Source: Selaginella moellendorffii
Lineage: Eukaryota > Plantae > Lycopodiophyta
DNA: 64,000 nucleotides
Direction: 5' to 3'
NCBI RefSeq assembly: GCF_000143415.4
Contig: NW_003314284.1
Span: 1,036,693 to 1,100,692, forward strand
Position 1 is the stretch's first letter; each line of letters starts with the position of its first letter. The notes beneath the pieces were generated by a model that saw only the letters and a program-made list of their open reading frames with translations, searched no databases and was not told where the DNA came from. Of the stretch, positions 58,643-64,000 are shown one piece after another. A program made the translations under genes and the position numbers.

Positions 58643-60890
58643 TCAATTACATACAAAATGTGTACTTGCATAGGGCTGGAGCGAAGCAGCGTCACCTTGC
58701 TCCGCCTTGGGCCTCATTCCAAACTGCTGCATCCTGCTCGATGGCCCCGCTTGCCTCGCAAACTGCGCAATCTGGTCTTGCATCGACGTCGCCGATATCC
58801 CCAGATTCCCGTGTTGCTGCTGCTGCAGAGCTTGAAATTGCAAGCTACCGCCACCGCCACCGCCGCCGCCACCACTGCCGCCGCCGCCACCGTCAAGCCC
58901 ACCGCCGCCGCCGCCACCGCCACCACTGTTCTTGGCGGCCGGCACGTCGTGGTTGTGCTTCCCCTCGTACGTCGTGATGACGGACTTTGGATCGTTTGAC
59001 GCCCGCTCGACGTGCTTCCGTACGGGGCACCCGACGTTGGTGCATTTGTAATAGCTCCTGCCAAGAACAAGAAAGCTTGTTCATATAGAAGTCTAGAAGC
59101 AAGAGAAACCACTAAAGAACTAGAAAAACTAAGATCCTTGAGAACAAGAGAACTTCGAATGGAGAAGAAAACGAACCTCGGATATGGATTCCCCTTGACG
59201 ATCTTCTGCCCATACTTTCTCCACCGATAGCCGTCGTCGAGGATGTCGATCTCGCTGGGCGTTTGCACCACCACCCGGGGCTCGCGGATCGTCCGCTGGA
59301 CGGCCGCCGCCTCCCTCGCTCCGCCGCCGCTATCAATCCTCCTGCAGTTGCATCACGGAGTTGTGAGAAACGCAAACAAGAGAGACTTTTGTTCCACCTT
59401 CTCTTGGAATCGCTCTCGACGTCGTCATCGCCACCGTCCTCGTTCTTGGCCTGCTGCCCGTCGTCCTCGCCTGACGAGAGCGGTGACGATGGATCATCCG
59501 AGTTCCTGGCGGCAGCGGCGCTAGCGTAGAGATCCTCCGGGCTTCGATCGTCGCCGAGAAGAGAAGACGATGATCCAGCTCCGGCTCCACCTCCCCTCCG
59601 GCTCTTTTGCGGCCGCGGGTGATTGTGCTCGCCCTTGTACACGATCTCGGTCACCTGTCCGTCCTGCGACCGCTCCACTTTCTTCTTCACGGGGCAGCCC
59701 GAGCTGGTGCATTTGTAGTAGCTGCGCGGGAACTCGCTCCCCTTGACTTGCTTCTGCCCATACTTTCTCCAGTTGAATCCATCCTCGGATGGCCGCTCCA
59801 CGAAAACTTGCTGCTGCTGCTGCTGTTGGGGCTCTGGCCGGCGGTGTTCATCCATCTCGGATGGAGCTGGAGCCACCGCCCTCGAGCGAGATCGTTGAAA
59901 CTCCGCCGCCGGGATCATCGTCTGGGCTCCCAGCGGCACCGCCATGGGGGCCGCTTGCGAGCGGTGGAATTCGAAAGGCAGCTGCCAAAGGAAGGATCAA
60001 ACAATCCAGTGAGCGAGTGATCCAAAACTCTAGAACACAAAGCTCCAGCGGAGTCAAAGAAAATCTAGCTATAAAAGGGAGGAGCACACGGTCAAGGCGG
60101 TCAGTCAAGGCGGGGAGTGTGCCAGTCAACAAACCAAGCCCGGGAGGAACCAGTCAAGCAAAGAAACTTACCCCGGGGAAGGATTGCGACGAAGAATCCG
60201 AGCCCTGCCTCGCAATTGGCTTGAAAACAAACTCGCTGGAAGGATTGCTCTCCACCTTGGCCTCCGGCGAGCGATGGTTTTGCATCCTGGAGCCGCCGCC
60301 ATCGAAGACCGGCGGGGGCATGAGGAAGGATCCGGTCGTGGGCGATGGCTCCGCCTGGAGGAAGAGAGATTGGAGATGAGAAACGAGCAAACAAGGCAAG
60401 CATTTCGATCGAGAGATCATACCTGGCTGCTCGCGAAGAGCGGCGAATCGAAGAGCGTGGTGGGGCTGATCCCGGGAGGAATTGTGAAGGAGGAGGAGGA
60501 GGCGGCGATGTCGAGAGGGGCCACTGCCGATCTATCGCCCGCCTCCATCTCCCTCGCCGCCAATCTCTCCGCGAAGCTGCCGCTGCCGTTGCCGCCGCTC
60601 GAGCCCCTCGCGATGTGCTGTTGCTGCTGCTGGCCATGGCCGCCCAGATCCTGCGAGGAGCCCAAGAGATTGGAGTGGGCCTTGTTCTCGTTGTCCGGAT
60701 CGATGAGGAAGCTCGCCGCCAGCGTCATGGGGCTGGGGCTCGCATCCGGCGCCTTGAAGAAGAAAGAAGAGGCCCCGGCGGAGGCGCTAGCTCCACCGCC
60801 AGGCGCCCGAGGAGGCAGCATTAGCAGCGGCCTGATCGAGGCCATGGGTCTCTTGACACTCCCTCCCTGATCGCTACTGCTAAACTCCAT
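58643..60890 (-). CDS. Group I WRKY transcription factor
   Basis: Two WRKYGQK domains with C2H2 fingers and the N-terminal [16 protein letters not shown] cluster. Confidence 0.96.
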
Positions 60891-62198
60891 AGCCACCCGA
60901 AGCTCTATCGCTCCAGCCCGGATCGAGCGCGCGTCCAATTCCAAATCCAGCGCCGACCCAAGAGACCCAATCCGCCCAATTCCCGACCCAGATCGCTCGC
61001 TGCTCCTCCTCTCGCCACAATCCCTGGCGATGATACACCGATCGCTGACTCACGATTCCGATCGCTGTCGCGCGCCTTCATTCGCTCATTGATTCGCCAA
61101 GGGGGTGGAAGAAGTCGTGCGCGACGCGAACATTCAAGGGAGATCGAAAGAACCCATCCCTATCTCCGCCTCCTCTTCTCTCTCCTTTTTTCTCCTCTCT
61201 CTCTCTCCTTCCTCGCTGCTGTGACGCATCAAAACGAAGCCCGCCAGCCAGATGGCTAACACTACCACACAACACACACACACCCTACTTCAAAACCACT
61301 GTCCCACTTACATTTTTTTCCATGTTTTTTTATGTGCTCGAGCGTTGAAATCTCAAGTGGGGCTAGCAGCCAGCGATCATCCAATCGCCTTTATATAATC
61401 GCCCATTCTTCCTCCCCCCATTCAACAGCGACGGCTAACTATTTCTCCCCCCCATTTAAAAACCGCTAAAGGGTTTAAAATATAGCTTAGTTAGATGTTT
61501 AAAACCCGCTTAACAATACAAAATAGGGCAATTTGGAGAAGTGGCCCCTTGGAACTTTAAATGCCAAGGTTGGAGTTTGGGAGAGCAAGAGATGCCAGAT
61601 CTTAGCTGAATCTCCAAGTAGCAGTAGCTTATCATCACCATAGCTCTAGGATATCTGATCGGATCATCGCCATTTCGCAAACCAAAGCTTTGGTGTTTCA
61701 ATGCATCAGCTTTTGCTTTTGTAAGGCTTTTCTTTGGCCACCTTCTTTTCTAGCTTTGCAGGAAAACGTGATCCGGCCCCAGATTCCTTGCAAGAAATTC
61801 TGGGCTGGGAGATTTTACTTTCCTCTCCCTGTTTGGATATTCTTAGAATAAGGCAGTGGCCCAGTATAGCAAGAAATTCCAGGCCATGATACACACTCCA
61901 TGGTCCAGTGATGATCACTGGAATAATTTCTTTGGGACACGTGGCAGGCGGCGGGCGTTTTTTCGGCGGGCCATGCTCTCGTCGTGACCGCATCTTCGGC
62001 TTTTTGAATGCGCTCGCGGGAATATCCGACGGAGGTGCTGCTTCCAGGCAGCTTCGCGACGGGCGCCACGTACCACTGCTTAGAAGCTTCCTGGGCGACC
62101 GCGCGATGGTATCCACGGAGACGATCATGAGGTCGCGCAAGGATCGTGGGTGGAAAGAGGAAAAGAAAACGTAATGTCAAGCACGAGATTGACATGAC

Positions 62199-64000
62199 AT
62201 GGTGTCATGCGCGCCACCCTCGGAGGATTTTGGTTCGGCTCTCAAGCGCTGCTGCGAATCCAAGGACTTGGCGCTTGGCCGCCGGCTCCACTCTCAGATC
62301 GATCGAGCTGGGCTTGCCACCAGCGACACATTTCTCGCCAATCTCCTCATCCAGATGTATGGTAAGTGCGGGAGGAGCGAAGACGCGCGCCGTGTCTTCC
62401 ACCAGATCCACAGGCCCAATGTTTTCTCCTGGAACTTTATCATAGCAGCATATGCCCAGAATGGGCATCTGGAGCAGGCGAAGCTTCACTTTGATCGGAT
62501 GCCCAATCGGAATTTCGTTTCGTGGTGCGCGTTGATCTCGGGCTACGCTTGCAATGGCGAAGTCGAAGGGGCGAAAGCGCTGCTGGATCGAATGCCCTCC
62601 TGGAACCCAATCGCTTGGACTGCCGTGATGCGCGCGCGCGCCCAGTCCGGGGATTTGTGTGGCGCTCGGCTGATGTTTGACGAGATGCCCGAGCGGGATT
62701 TGATCTCGCGCAACTGCATGATATCTGCTTATGCCGAGGGTGGCGATTTCGATCAAGCGAAGCTACTGTTTGATGATATGCCCGAGTGGGACGTTGTGTC
62801 TTTCACTGCGATGATCAGAGCATACACACAAGGCCACTTAGTAGATCAAGCAAAAGCGTTTTTTGATACCATACCCCAGAAAAACACCGTGTCTTGGAAT
62901 TCCCTTCTCCATGCTTATGCCCAAGCGGGGCATCTAGCAGAGGCGCGGCAAGTGTTCGAATCCATTCCAGAGAAAAACCTCACGTCATGGACCACGATGA
63001 TCGCAGCGTGTTGCACCAACGGCCAGATTGACGCGGCGGCGGATCTCTACCGTCGGATGCCCGCGCGGGACGTGGTGTCGTCGGCGACAGTGATCGCGGC
63101 GGCAGGGGACCACGCGACCGCGACGCGGATATTCCGCGCGATGCCCCTCGTGGACGAGGTAGCATGCACGGCCATGATCGCGGCGATGTCGCAGGGTGGC
63201 GACCTCGAGGGCGCCAAGGCCCTGTTTGACAAAATGGCGGAGCGCCACCTGGTGACGTGGAATGCCATGCTGGCAGCGTTCGCGGACAACGGCCACGTGG
63301 AGGGCGCCAAGTCGCTGTTTGACAGTATGCCGCGCCGGGACATGGTGACGTGGGCGACGATGCTGTCGGCCTTCGCGCAGCACGGCGGGCGATTCTTCGA
63401 CAGCGCCAAGCGGTGCTTCGATTTGATGCCCGAGTGGAACACCGTGGCGTGGAACTCGATGATCCAGGCGCTGGCGGCGCGGCGCGACACCGCAGCAGCG
63501 CGGGCGATCTTCGATGGTGCGGTGCCGGAGCACGACGTGGTGATGATCAACGCAATGATCGCCGCCCACGGCGAGAATGGGGAGCTGGGCGACGCGCGCG
63601 AGCTCTTCGATTCCATGCCGGAGCGCACGATCATCTCCTGGAACTCGATCGTCCAGGCGTGCGTGATCGACGGCGATGTTCACGGCGCGGTGGAGCTGGT
63701 CGAGCGGATGCCCAGGCGAGACGTACTGACGTGGACGGCCCTGATAAACCTCCACTCTCGGGCCTCGAACCTAGAGCTGGCCAAAAGCATCTTCGACCAG
63801 ATGCCGGAGCACGACGTCGTGGCCTGTACGGCTCTGCTCATGGGGTTTGCACGGAATGGCGACCTGGAGGGGACGAAGAGGGTGTACGACACGATGCCGT
63901 GCAAGAACTCCGTGACAACGCTGGCGATGGTGGTGGCGTACGGGGAGTTCTTGGAGCTGGGCGCCGCGAAGCACCTGTTCGATCGAATGCCCAAGGACAA
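62199..64000 (+). CDS. PLS-class PPR protein, runs off window end
   Basis: ATG 62199; TFLANLLIQMYGKCG..PNVFSWN..AYAQNGHL followed by tandem ~31-aa repeats. Confidence 0.93.
   Translation, partial: MVSCAPPSEDFGSALKRCCESKDLALGRRLHSQIDRAGLATSDTFLANLLIQMYGKCGRSEDARRVFHQIHRPNVFSWNFIIAAYAQNGHLEQAKLHFDRMPNRNFVSWCALISGYACNGEVEGAKALLDRMPSWNPIAWTAVMRARAQSGDLCGARLMFDEMPERDLISRNCMISAYAEGGDFDQAKLLFDDMPEWDVVSFTAMIRAYTQGHLVDQAKAFFDTIPQKNTVSWNSLLHAYAQAGHLAEARQVFESIPEKNLTSWTTMIAACCTNGQIDAAADLYRRMPARDVVSSATVIAAAGDHATATRIFRAMPLVDEVACTAMIAAMSQGGDLEGAKALFDKMAERHLVTWNAMLAAFADNGHVEGAKSLFDSMPRRDMVTWATMLSAFAQHGGRFFDSAKRCFDLMPEWNTVAWNSMIQALAARRDTAAARAIFDGAVPEHDVVMINAMIAAHGENGELGDARELFDSMPERTIISWNSIVQACVIDGDVHGAVELVERMPRRDVLTWTALINLHSRASNLELAKSIFDQMPEHDVVACTALLMGFARNGDLEGTKRVYDTMPCKNSVTTLAMVVAYGEFLELGAAKHLFDRMPKD

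Noticed and set aside
62205-64000. Minus-strand ORFs with periodic repeats
   Set aside because: Antisense of the plus-strand PPR repeats.
1-64000. CRISPR array, rRNA or prokaryotic operon
   Set aside because: No repeat-spacer array or rRNA motifs; the sequence is spliced eukaryotic DNA.

Overview
Gene-dense plant nuclear DNA. The ~50-60 bp introns, PLS-type PPR genes and compact intergenic spaces suggest a lycophyte such as Selaginella (inference). The left part (1 to ~28.4 kb) is a rearranged mosaic of direct and inverted duplications. It contains three intronless GDSL lipase copies, four broken copies of a multi-C2H2 zinc finger plus ADP-ribosyltransferase (PARP-like) gene, PPR 5' fragments, orphan spliced genes, a 45-bp near-perfect hairpin and a chimeric PPR/TM/NFU reading frame. 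It also holds an intact, very compact Ty1/Copia element (4309 bp, 88-bp LTRs, 5-bp TSD). The right part (~27.3-64 kb) is an ordinary conserved gene run: GIY-YIG-NFU, AGP, tRNA-Ala(AGC), an RLK with an extra C-terminal domain, Macro/CRAL-TRIO (GDAP2-like), AHL, class 3 lipase, ARG1-like DnaJ, PPR, VQ, type-B ARR, PARP1, group I WRKY and a partial PPR. All family assignments come from motif recognition by eye; no database search was run. Exon boundaries are manual predictions.
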